A stretch of DNA of 57,153 nt from Acidobacteriota bacterium. Lineage in GTDB: Bacteria; Acidobacteriota; Terriglobia; Acidiferrales; 2-02-FULL-67-57. Shown one piece after another: positions 42,703-50,768 of this stretch. Location: contig JACZYA010000002.1 of NCBI GenBank assembly GCA_022571295.1, forward strand, positions 1 through 57,153, written 5' to 3'. How positions within the stretch are numbered: the first letter of the stretch is position 1; each line of letters opens with the position of its first letter. Below the pieces are notes generated by a model that was not told where the DNA came from, made no database searches, and saw nothing but the letters and a program-made list of their open reading frames with translations. The position numbers and the translations under genes are program-made.

Positions 42703-45681
42703 ATGGCTACCGCCAAAACAGTCATTAACCTCAACTCCGCCCAGCGCGCTGCCGTCGAACACCTGCACGGCCCCGTGCTGGTCATCGCCGGCGCCGGCAC
42801 CGGCAAGACCCGCGTAATTGTCGAGCGCATCGCCTACCTGCTCGACACCATCCCCGACCTCGACGGCGAAAACATCCTCGCCATCACCTTCACCCAAAAA
42901 GCCGCCGCCCAAATGGCCGCCCGCATCCGCGACCGCGGTGACCAGCGCGCCCAGCGCGTCGGCGTCTTCACTTTCCACGGTTTCTGCTACGAGCTTCTCC
43001 GCGGCCACGACCAGGCGGTGAAAATCCTCGAAGACGTGGACTACTGGATTTTCCTGCGCCGCCGCCTCGACCAGCTCGGCCTCGACATCTTCAAGAAACT
43101 TTCCGAGCCCGGCCGCTTCCTGAACGCCTTCCGCGATTTCTTCTCCCGCTGCCAGGACGAGTTGGTCAGCCCCGACGACTACAAGCGCTACGTCGCCGGC
43201 CTCGCCGCCACCTTCGAGCGCGAAAAAAATCAGTTGCCCGAAGACGAACGCGCCGAGCAAGAAGACGAACTCCGCCGCCAGCAAGAAATCGCCGGCGCCT
43301 ACGCCGCCGCCGAACGCCTCCTGCGCGAAGCCAAGCGCACCACCTTCGGCGGCTCTCTGCTCTCCGCCGTGCAACTGCTGCAATCCTCGCCCGACCTGCT
43401 GGCCAGCTACCGGAACCGCTTGCGTTACATCCTGGTGGACGAATTTCAGGACGTCAACATCGCCCAGATTACTCTGCTCGAACTTCTCGCCGACACCCAT
43501 CGCAACCTGATGGCGGTGGGCGACGACGACCAGGCCATCTACCGCTTCCGCGGCGCCTCCTACGCCAGCTTCCGCAAATTCGGCCAGCTCTATCCCGACT
43601 ACCGCCGCATTACCCTCACCCAAAATTACCGCTCCACCTCGCGCATCCTCCGCGTCGCCACCCAGCTCATCGCGCAGAACGGCCCCGCCCGCTTCGATCC
43701 GTACAAAAAAATCCTCGCCACCGAACCGCCGGGCCAGAAGGTGCGCTTGGCTGAGTTGGAAGATTCCTCGGAGGAAGCCGCCTACGTCCGCAGCCAGATC
43801 GAGCGTCGCCACAAAGAAACTGGAAGCTACCGCGCCTGCGCCGTCCTTTACCGCGCCCACCTTCACCGCACCGCGCTCATTGAAGAGCTGGCCCGCGCCG
43901 GCATCCCTTTTGTCATCCGCGGACTCTCCGTCCTCCCCAACGCTCTGGTCCGCGATCTGCTTGCCTACCTGCGCGTGCTGCACTCACCGCGCGACAACAT
44001 CAGCCTGGCGCGGCTGCTGGCCATCCCGGCTTGGGGATTGGAACCGGAGGCGCTCCTCGACCTCATCGCGCGCGCCCACCGCAACCGCTCCACCCTGGCG
44101 GAAGCGATTGAAAGTCTCCACCCGCGGGTTCGCGACCAGCAAACTCGTCTGGGCCACCTGCTCCGCCTGCTCGCCGACCTGCGCGCCCGCGCCTCCGCCG
44201 TCAACCTGACCAAACTGTTCGACCAATTGCTGGAACGCCTCGAGCTTCGCCTGTTGCCGTCTGACCCCGACAGCCCCTACCTCGAAACCTTTGCCGCCTT
44301 CCTCCACCAGTGGGAAAACGAGAAAAGCGAAACCAAGCGCCTGGCCGAATTCATCGAGTACTTCGACTACTTCGCCGAAGCTGGCGGCAGCATCTCGCTG
44401 CCAACAGAGACCGACCACCCCGACGCCGTCCAGCTCATGACCGTGCACTCCGCCAAGGGACTGGAGTTCAATTCCGTCTTCGTCCTGCGCCTCAACCAAA
44501 ACGACTTTCCCACCAAGCGCCGCCGCCCCCTCTTCGTCTTTCCCGATGCGCTGATGAAGGAAGCGCTCCCCCCGGGCGACTTCCACATCCAGGAAGAGCG
44601 GCGCCTTTGCTACGTCGCCCTCACCCGCGCCCGCCGGCAGCTCACCCTCACCACCCTCACCGGCGGCCGCAAGCGGCCCTCTGTTTTCCTGGACGATATC
44701 CTTCGAGACCAGCAGGTCGGGCGCCACGTCGAGCAGGTCGCGCCGGCCCCGGCGCCTGCCGACAGCGCAGAAGCGGATACAACGGCTGCATCTCGCACCC
44801 CGCCCCAGGCGCCGCTTTTCGCCGGCCGCCCGGCCGGCGCCGGTTACTCCCGCATCGCCCACTGGGCCGCCAGCGTCCCCGGCCCGGCGCCCGCCGAACC
44901 GCTGGCCCTCAGCCACTCCGCCATCGAAACCTACAAGAGGTGCCCCCTGAAATACAAATTTGCCCACCACTGGCAGCTTCCCGGCGCCGCCAACCCAGCC
45001 ATGGTTTTCGGCCAGATCATGCACCGCAGCGTGGTGGAATTTTTCCGGGCCCGCCAGCGCCAGCCGGCCTTGCCGCTCGAGGAGCTGCAACACATCTACG
45101 ACCAACAGTGGCGGCAAACCCACTGGCCCTTCCGCGACGCCTACCAGCAGGAAGGCTACCGCAGCGCCGGCTGGCAACAACTACAAACTTTCTACCAGCG
45201 CCACGCCACTCAAACCGTGCCCGTGCTCGAATTGGAGAAGACGTTCCACTGGCAGTGGGAAGGCGTGACCCTCACCGGGCGAATCGATCAAATCAACCAA
45301 ATCGGAAAACGCAAGGTGGAAATCATCGAATACAAAACCGGAGAACGGCGGCTCCCCGCAAAGGTTGAAGACAGCCTGCAACTTGCTCTCTATGCCTTAG
45401 CGGCCCAGCACCACTTGCAGTTGGTTCCCGAACGCCTAACCGTTTATAACCTCACCGCGAACGAATCCATCAGTTTCGCTCCAGCGGAAAAGAACTCCGT
45501 GCGCGCGCTCGACACCGTGCGCGATGTGGCCGCCCGCATTCGGGCACAGGAATTTCCCGCCCGCCCAGGTTTTCACTGCCGCTACTGCGACTACCGGCCT
45601 CTCTGCCCCGCCCACGAGCAGCACATCAACCCTGCGCCCCGTCCACCCGCCGCCGACAATCCAGCGGAAGAAACCAAATAG
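42703..45681 (+). CDS. UvrD/PcrA-type superfamily-1 helicase fused to a C-terminal RecB/AddB-type PD-(D/E)XK nuclease with a Cys4 (Fe-S) signature
   Basis: 'AGAGTGKT', 'VDEFQDVN' and 'TVHSAKGLEF'. The C-terminal part has 'YKRCPLKY', 'GRIDQI', 'EIIEYKTG', 'QLALYALA' and 'CRYCDYRPLC'. Confidence 0.88.
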   Translation: MATAKTVINLNSAQRAAVEHLHGPVLVIAGAGTGKTRVIVERIAYLLDTIPDLDGENILAITFTQKAAAQMAARIRDRGDQRAQRVGVFTFHGFCYELLRGHDQAVKILEDVDYWIFLRRRLDQLGLDIFKKLSEPGRFLNAFRDFFSRCQDELVSPDDYKRYVAGLAATFEREKNQLPEDERAEQEDELRRQQEIAGAYAAAERLLREAKRTTFGGSLLSAVQLLQSSPDLLASYRNRLRYILVDEFQDVNIAQITLLELLADTHRNLMAVGDDDQAIYRFRGASYASFRKFGQLYPDYRRITLTQNYRSTSRILRVATQLIAQNGPARFDPYKKILATEPPGQKVRLAELEDSSEEAAYVRSQIERRHKETGSYRACAVLYRAHLHRTALIEELARAGIPFVIRGLSVLPNALVRDLLAYLRVLHSPRDNISLARLLAIPAWGLEPEALLDLIARAHRNRSTLAEAIESLHPRVRDQQTRLGHLLRLLADLRARASAVNLTKLFDQLLERLELRLLPSDPDSPYLETFAAFLHQWENEKSETKRLAEFIEYFDYFAEAGGSISLPTETDHPDAVQLMTVHSAKGLEFNSVFVLRLNQNDFPTKRRRPLFVFPDALMKEALPPGDFHIQEERRLCYVALTRARRQLTLTTLTGGRKRPSVFLDDILRDQQVGRHVEQVAPAPAPADSAEADTTAASRTPPQAPLFAGRPAGAGYSRIAHWAASVPGPAPAEPLALSHSAIETYKRCPLKYKFAHHWQLPGAANPAMVFGQIMHRSVVEFFRARQRQPALPLEELQHIYDQQWRQTHWPFRDAYQQEGYRSAGWQQLQTFYQRHATQTVPVLELEKTFHWQWEGVTLTGRIDQINQIGKRKVEIIEYKTGERRLPAKVEDSLQLALYALAAQHHLQLVPERLTVYNLTANESISFAPAEKNSVRALDTVRDVAARIRAQEFPARPGFHCRYCDYRPLCPAHEQHINPAPRPPAADNPAEETK

Positions 45682-45708
45682 AAAAAATAAACGGACAAAA
45701 AAAGAAAA

Positions 45709-45740
45709 ACGAAAGGGAGCTCGTTGCCGAGCTCCCTTTC
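45709..45740. terminator. Strong bidirectional Rho-independent terminator
   Basis: cgaaagggagctcg-ttgc-cgagctccctttcg forms a perfect 14-bp stem. A long U-rich tract follows on the minus-strand RNA (plus-strand A-run 45682-45708), and a weaker T-rich tract follows on the plus strand. Confidence 0.85.
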
Positions 45741-45770
45741 GTGGTGTTTCTGTTGACCAGAAGTTCGAAG

Positions 45771-45851
45771 TTACCTCTTCTTTCTCTTCGCCTTCTTCTT
45801 GGTCGTCTTCTTCTTTGCTGCCTTCTTTTTCTTCTTCGCGCACTTAGCCAT
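45771..45851 (-). CDS. 26-aa extremely basic micro-protein MAKCAKKKKKAAKKKTTKKKAKRKKR
   Basis: ATG 45851 is preceded by GAGAGGAAAG and the ORF ends at TAA 45771-45773. AAG-biased codons fit a GC-rich host. It has its own promoter (45940-45968) and terminator (45709-45740). The 86-aa upstream extension in the track has no support. Confidence 0.6.
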   Translation of the reverse strand: MAKCAKKKKKAAKKKTTKKKAKRKKR

Positions 45852-45939
45852 ATCTACTTTCCTCTCTCGTAATTGAGAATTGTTTGCAGTTGAGCATGAA
45901 CTGCCACCGAACTTTGCGCGACTGCAAACATTATGCGCA

Positions 45940-45968
45940 TGTATAAAGTCCATCACCATCAATGTCAA
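45940..45968 (-). promoter_or_regulatory. Near-consensus sigma-70-type promoter of the micro-ORF
   Basis: On the minus strand, TTGACA (45968-45963) - 17 nt - TATACA (45945-40). The predicted 5' UTR contains a 10-bp inverted repeat, tgtttgcagt (45881-90) / actgcaaaca (45921-30). Confidence 0.5.
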
Positions 45969-46384
45969 GCAAAAAGTCAGAAAACTTTCCTGAATTATTT
46001 TTGCCGAGCGAGGAAAAATTTCGGGAAACATTCTTACTCGGTGGGAATTCCTGCAAAGTATCCGTCATACGTCAGCAAGGTGACACCGGGACGACGAACG
46101 CGCACTCGATGCACCGAAAACTTTAGAAATCCCACACCGGCACAACCATCCACCCCAAAGCGCGCAACGCAGCGCGCACCCGACTGCGGTTGCGAGAACA
46201 TTCGGGCATGCGACGCGAACAAGTGTGGAACCCGTACAACACAAATTTATCCTCGGGACCGAAGGCCCCGGGGAGCACCGGAATACTTTCCGCACCGCCG
46301 CCCACCTTTTGCCACGGTTTGTGCATCAAACTTTCCGGACGATTGATAGCCATGCGCGCTCACGACCCGTTTATACTGGAAGCC

Positions 46385-47377
46385 ATGAAAGCTCTCAAAC
46401 AAACCCGAACCGCGCGACCGGCGGCTGCGCTGGCCGGACTGCTGCTGCTGGCGGGCGGATTGAACCACGCAGCCAGCCAACAACCACCACCACCTACGGC
46501 CTCGGAGACATTGCGGGTGGACGTACGGGTCGTCAACGTGTACTGCACCGTGAAAACCAAAAAAGGCGCGCTGATCACCGATCTCGAAACCAGCGATTTT
46601 GAAATTCGCGAAGACGGAAAGAAGCAGGAACTCCGCTACTTCGTGCGCGAAACCGATCGGCCGTTGACCCTCGCCCTGCTGCTGGACACCAGCATCAGCC
46701 AAAAGGCTGTCCTCCCAATTGAAATTGAGACCGCCGCCCAGTTCTTCCGCCAGGTGCTGCGCCCTGTCGACCTGGCCCTGCTGATGTCTTTCGACGTCAA
46801 CGTGGATCTCCTGCATGACTTCACCTCTGACGTGGAGCAGTTGCAGGAATCCCTCCAGCTCGCCCGCATCAATTCTCCCGTTGACCTCGGCCCCTTCCCG
46901 CGCACCCGGACGGCCGGCACGCGCCTGTACGACGCCATCTATTTGGCTTCCCGGGAAAAGTTAGGCCCGGAAGTCGGCCGCAAAGCCATCATCCTGGTCA
47001 CCGACGGCTTCGATTCCGGCAGCTCCAAAAAGGAGAAAGAGGCCCTCGAAGCCGCCCACCGCGGCGAGATTATCCTCTACGCCATCGGTGTGGCCGACCC
47101 CCATTTCTACCAATCCCGTGGCGGCACTCTCATCGGGGCGAGTGTGTTGAAAAAATTGGCCCGCGAAACCGGCGGCCTCGCGGTCTTTCCCCGAAACCCC
47201 GAGCAACTGCGAAGAGCCTTTGAACAAATCGCCACCGAGCTCCGCAGCCAATACATCCTCGGATACACGCCCACCAATCGCGCGTACGACGGGCGCTTCC
47301 GCAAGATTGAAGTCAAAGTGAAACGAAAAGGATTGAAGGTGCAAGCTCGCCGGGGCTACTACGCTCCCACCCGCTGA
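46385..47377 (+). CDS. Secreted von Willebrand factor A (vWA) domain protein, acidobacterial VWFA-related type
   Basis: Signal peptide MKALKQTRTARPAAALAGLLLLAGG, 'QQPPPP' linker and the vWA MIDAS-region 'LALLLDTSIS'. The C-terminal part reads 'YILGYTPTN...FRKIEVKVKRKGLKVQARRGYYAP'. The start is 46385 or 46352. Confidence 0.8.
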   Translation: MKALKQTRTARPAAALAGLLLLAGGLNHAASQQPPPPTASETLRVDVRVVNVYCTVKTKKGALITDLETSDFEIREDGKKQELRYFVRETDRPLTLALLLDTSISQKAVLPIEIETAAQFFRQVLRPVDLALLMSFDVNVDLLHDFTSDVEQLQESLQLARINSPVDLGPFPRTRTAGTRLYDAIYLASREKLGPEVGRKAIILVTDGFDSGSSKKEKEALEAAHRGEIILYAIGVADPHFYQSRGGTLIGASVLKKLARETGGLAVFPRNPEQLRRAFEQIATELRSQYILGYTPTNRAYDGRFRKIEVKVKRKGLKVQARRGYYAPTR

Positions 47378-47449
47378 AACTCTTCTCCCCCGCGTGCCGC
47401 CTTGTTGGCCGCACTCCTACCACTCAAGCAAGAAAGAGGACGCTGGCGC

Positions 47450-48460
47450 TCAGTTGCCGGAAGGCGAAGGGGAGGCCGCCGCTTCCACGGGACTCGCGTA
47501 GTAGCCGGGCCGATGATGCACGTTCAGCTTCTTGCGCCGGGTCTTGATTTCGATCCGGCGGAAACTGCCGTCGCGCACTCGGTTGGTGGGAGTATAAGCG
47601 ATGGTGTACTGGTTGCGGAGCTCAGTGGAGATGCGCTGGAAGGAGCGCCCGACGTCGATGGTGTTGAAGGGACAATAGGAAATTCCGCCCGTCGCTTTGG
47701 CGAAACGCCTCAGGGTCTTGTCGCCCTGGCCGCCCATAACACTGCACGGATTTTGCAGCTCCATGGATTTCCCACTGTACTGAATCGGCGGCGCGCTGGT
47801 GCTGACGGTGAAGATGGTCACATCGTGCCGCCGCGCCATCTCCAACGCCTCCTCCCGACTCACGTAGCTGGAGGTGTCGTCGCCGTCGCTCAGCACGATC
47901 AACATCTTGCGGAAATTGTCCCCGGAGCCGTTCGCCATCTTCATCTTGGCCGCCAAATAGACGGCATCGTAGAGCGACGTGCCGCCGCCGGCGCGCAAAC
48001 TGCGAATCGCCTCGGCCAGGTCAATGGGATCGTCCGTCAAGTCTTGGATCATCACCGGTTCGGCGTCGAAGCCAATCACGAACGCCTGGTCGGTTTTCGG
48101 GCGCAGCACCGTGTGCAAAAAATCAATGGCAGCTTCCTGCTCGAACTGAAACCGGGGACGCACGCTGTTGCTGGTGTCAATCAGCATCCCGATGCGCAAC
48201 GGCAGGTTGGTTTCGCTGGAAAAATATTTGATTTCCTGTTTCTCGCCGTTCTCGAACACCGTGAAGTCGTCGGGCCCCAACCCGATGGTGTGGCGGCCGC
48301 GCCGATTGGTCACGCTGAAAACTATGTTCACCAGATCAACTTCCACCCGAATCGGCGGGGCCTGCTGCGGAGGCGGTGGCGGCTGTTGCTCCTGTGCCCG
48401 AGCGCACATAAGCCCCCCCGCCACCAGGAAACACAGGACGATGATGTTGGTTTGTTTCAT
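47450..48460 (-). CDS. Secreted vWA domain protein, paralog of the previous gene
   Basis: Same architecture as the previous gene: signal peptide, 'QEQQPPPPPQQ', 'IGMLIDTSNS' and 'YTIAYTPTN...FRRIEIKTRRKKLNVHHRPGYYA'. Confidence 0.8.
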   Translation of the reverse strand: MKQTNIIVLCFLVAGGLMCARAQEQQPPPPPQQAPPIRVEVDLVNIVFSVTNRRGRHTIGLGPDDFTVFENGEKQEIKYFSSETNLPLRIGMLIDTSNSVRPRFQFEQEAAIDFLHTVLRPKTDQAFVIGFDAEPVMIQDLTDDPIDLAEAIRSLRAGGGTSLYDAVYLAAKMKMANGSGDNFRKMLIVLSDGDDTSSYVSREEALEMARRHDVTIFTVSTSAPPIQYSGKSMELQNPCSVMGGQGDKTLRRFAKATGGISYCPFNTIDVGRSFQRISTELRNQYTIAYTPTNRVRDGSFRRIEIKTRRKKLNVHHRPGYYASPVEAAASPSPSGN

Positions 48461-48500
48461 CTCCCCCCTGACCTAATTATAGGAACCACGCCCCTTGGGG

Positions 48501-49460
48501 TCAACCAACTTCCGGCGGCTCCAATCCCAGCCACCGCAGCAACTCCCGCAACTCTTCGGGAAGCGGCGCTTTCACTTCCACCAGCGCATCGCTGCGCGGA
48601 TGACGAAAACGGATGCGTTGCGCATGCAAGAAGTTTCGATTCAGGGTCGGGCGGGAACGGTTGCCTCGGCGCAGCATCCGCGGTGCGCCGTAGAGTGTGT
48701 CGCCCACCACCGGATGACCCACAGAAGAGAAATGCACCCGCACCTGATGGGTGCGTCCCGTGTGCAGCAACGCTTCGACCAGCGTGAATCCGGAAGCGCT
48801 CGTCAACACCCGATACTCGGTTTCCGCTGCGCGCCCTTCCTGCCGCCGGGTGGTCATGCGCGTGCGGTGCACGCGGTCGCGCGCCACCCGCAAGCGAATC
48901 ACGTCGTGCGCCCGTGGCAGGCGGCCATGCACCAGCGCCAAGTATCTCTTGTCCACCTGCCGCCGGCTGAACTGCTCCGCCAGCCGCCGGTGAGCCTCGT
49001 CGTTCTTGGCCACCAACAACACCCCGGAGGTGGCTTTGTCCAACCGATGCACGATGCCCGGCCGCAACGGCCCGCCCACCGAAGACAACCGGCCGAAGTG
49101 GTGCAGCAACGCATTCACCAGCGTGCCCCGGTGAACGCCCGCGCCCGCGTGTACCACCATGCCGGCTGGTTTATCAATCGCCACCAGGTCGTCGTCTTCA
49201 TAGAGCACCGCCAGGGGAATCGCTTCCGGCACCGCCTCCAACGGCGGACGCTCGACAACTTCCACTGCCACCGTCTCCCCTCCGCGCAACCGCACGCTGG
49301 GCCGCGCCGCCTGTGCGTCGTTCACACTTACCCGCCCTTCGCGGATCAACTCTTGGATGCGGGTTCGGCTGGCGGTGGGAAGATGGGCGGCCAGGTAGGT
49401 GTCCAGACGCTGGCCGCGCACCTCCGGCGGCACGGCAAACCGCCGGACTTCGGTCGTCAT
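48501..49460 (-). CDS. rluD: RluA/RluD-family 23S rRNA pseudouridine synthase
   Basis: S4 domain (RLDTYLA) and catalytic 'HRLDKATSGVLLVAK'. ATG 49460 overlaps the lgt stop (ATGA). Confidence 0.85.
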   Translation of the reverse strand: MTTEVRRFAVPPEVRGQRLDTYLAAHLPTASRTRIQELIREGRVSVNDAQAARPSVRLRGGETVAVEVVERPPLEAVPEAIPLAVLYEDDDLVAIDKPAGMVVHAGAGVHRGTLVNALLHHFGRLSSVGGPLRPGIVHRLDKATSGVLLVAKNDEAHRRLAEQFSRRQVDKRYLALVHGRLPRAHDVIRLRVARDRVHRTRMTTRRQEGRAAETEYRVLTSASGFTLVEALLHTGRTHQVRVHFSSVGHPVVGDTLYGAPRMLRRGNRSRPTLNRNFLHAQRIRFRHPRSDALVEVKAPLPEELRELLRWLGLEPPEVG

Positions 49461-50251
49461 GGCTGAACCGAAAGGCTGGAACGGCGCTGCCGCCACCAGT
49501 ACAGCACACCCACGATAAACAAAGCCACGCTCAGCATCTGGGGAGAGGACACCGTGCTCTCAAAGAAGAACGGGCCGCGGGGGTCGTCGCGGTAGAACTC
49601 CAAAAAGAACCGCGCGGCCGGATAGAGCAGCAGGAAAGCGGCAAAAATCTGTCCGGGAAAACTTCGCCGACGCCAGAGCAGGAGCAGCGCGCCAAAAATG
49701 AGCAGAGAGAGAGCCGATTCGTAAAGCTGCGTGGGATGCAGCGCAATTCCCAGCGGCACTCCCACAATCTGGGCACTGTAGGGATTGTTAAAGGTGACGC
49801 CCCAGGCCGCCTCGGTGGGCTTGCCCCAACAGCAACCGGCACTAAAGCAACCCAGGCGCGCCAGCACCAATCCCAGCGCAATCCCCGGCGAGCAGGCGTC
49901 CGCCAGCGCCGCAAAGCTCGCCCCTTGCTTCCTGATGTAAAAGACCGCCACCGCGATGGCCAGCAGCAGGCCGCCGTAGAAGGTTCCGCCCGCTTGCAGG
50001 GTTGAAAAGGAAAAAATCTGCGCGGGATGCTCGGAATAGTAACGCCACTCGCCTACAATCATCAGCAGCTTGCTGCCCACCAGGCCGGCCAGCGCCATGT
50101 ACACGCCCAGGTTCCACACCATCTCGCGCGCCAGACCGGCGCGGGGCGCCAACCGCCCGGCGACGTAGATGCCGCTGAGCAAAGCCAGCGCCATCATCAA
50201 TCCATAGGTGTGCAGCGTAAAAGGACCCAGGCTGAAGATCTTCGGTAGCAT
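49457..50251 (-). CDS. lgt: Prolipoprotein diacylglyceryl transferase
   Basis: 'ARLGCFSAGCCWGKPT' and 'HPTQLYES'; 264 aa. Confidence 0.93.
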   Translation of the reverse strand: MLPKIFSLGPFTLHTYGLMMALALLSGIYVAGRLAPRAGLAREMVWNLGVYMALAGLVGSKLLMIVGEWRYYSEHPAQIFSFSTLQAGGTFYGGLLLAIAVAVFYIRKQGASFAALADACSPGIALGLVLARLGCFSAGCCWGKPTEAAWGVTFNNPYSAQIVGVPLGIALHPTQLYESALSLLIFGALLLLWRRRSFPGQIFAAFLLLYPAARFFLEFYRDDPRGPFFFESTVSSPQMLSVALFIVGVLYWWRQRRSSLSVQP

Positions 50252-50761
50252 TTACCCCTCCGAGGGAGCTTCGTGGCGCCGTTGCAGCACCTGATAAATC
50301 AGCGTGGCTGCCCCCACCACAATCGCGGCGTCAGCCACATTAAACGCCGGCCAGTGGTAGGAGCCCAGATGGAAATCCAGAAAGTCCACCACCCGCCCCG
50401 CCCGCAAGCGGTCGAGCAAGTTGCCCGCCGCTCCGCCCAAGATCAGCGCCAATCCCCACCCGGCCAGTTGGGGGGCGTGGTTGCGCCACAGCAGGACGAG
50501 CACCAGGACCATGGCCACCGCCGAAAAAACAATCAGCAGGGCGGCAGCCCAGACTGACTCAAAATGGGCGAAGAGCCCGAAGGCGGCTCCCCGGTTGTGC
50601 ACGTGCGTAAGATTGAAAAGCCCCGAAATGACGGTGCGGGTTTCGCCCAGCGCCAGTGTGCCAGCCACCAGCCACTTCGTCCCCTGGTCGAGAAGAAACA
50701 CAACCCCAGCCAGGAATAGCGATAGGGCGCGGACGTGCTTCTCACTAGTTGGCATCAACAT
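50252..50761 (-). CDS. lspA: Lipoprotein signal peptidase (signal peptidase II)
   Basis: 'NRGAAFG' and 'WPAFNVADAAI'; 169 aa. It abuts lgt with no gap and follows ileS, as in many bacteria. Confidence 0.93.
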   Translation of the reverse strand: MLMPTSEKHVRALSLFLAGVVFLLDQGTKWLVAGTLALGETRTVISGLFNLTHVHNRGAAFGLFAHFESVWAAALLIVFSAVAMVLVLVLLWRNHAPQLAGWGLALILGGAAGNLLDRLRAGRVVDFLDFHLGSYHWPAFNVADAAIVVGAATLIYQVLQRRHEAPSEG

Positions 50762-50768
50762 CTTCGCT

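Noticed and set aside
45771-46031. 86-aa version of the basic-peptide ORF given in the track.
   Set aside because: The upstream 60 codons run through the predicted promoter and the 5'-UTR hairpin and have atypical codon usage. The internal ATG at 45851 has an SD and gives the compact 26-aa product.
45933-46346. 137-aa plus-strand ORF in the AT-richer island.
   Set aside because: Third codon positions are mostly A/T, unlike every confident gene in the window. There is no SD, no recognisable domain and no signal or TM segment.
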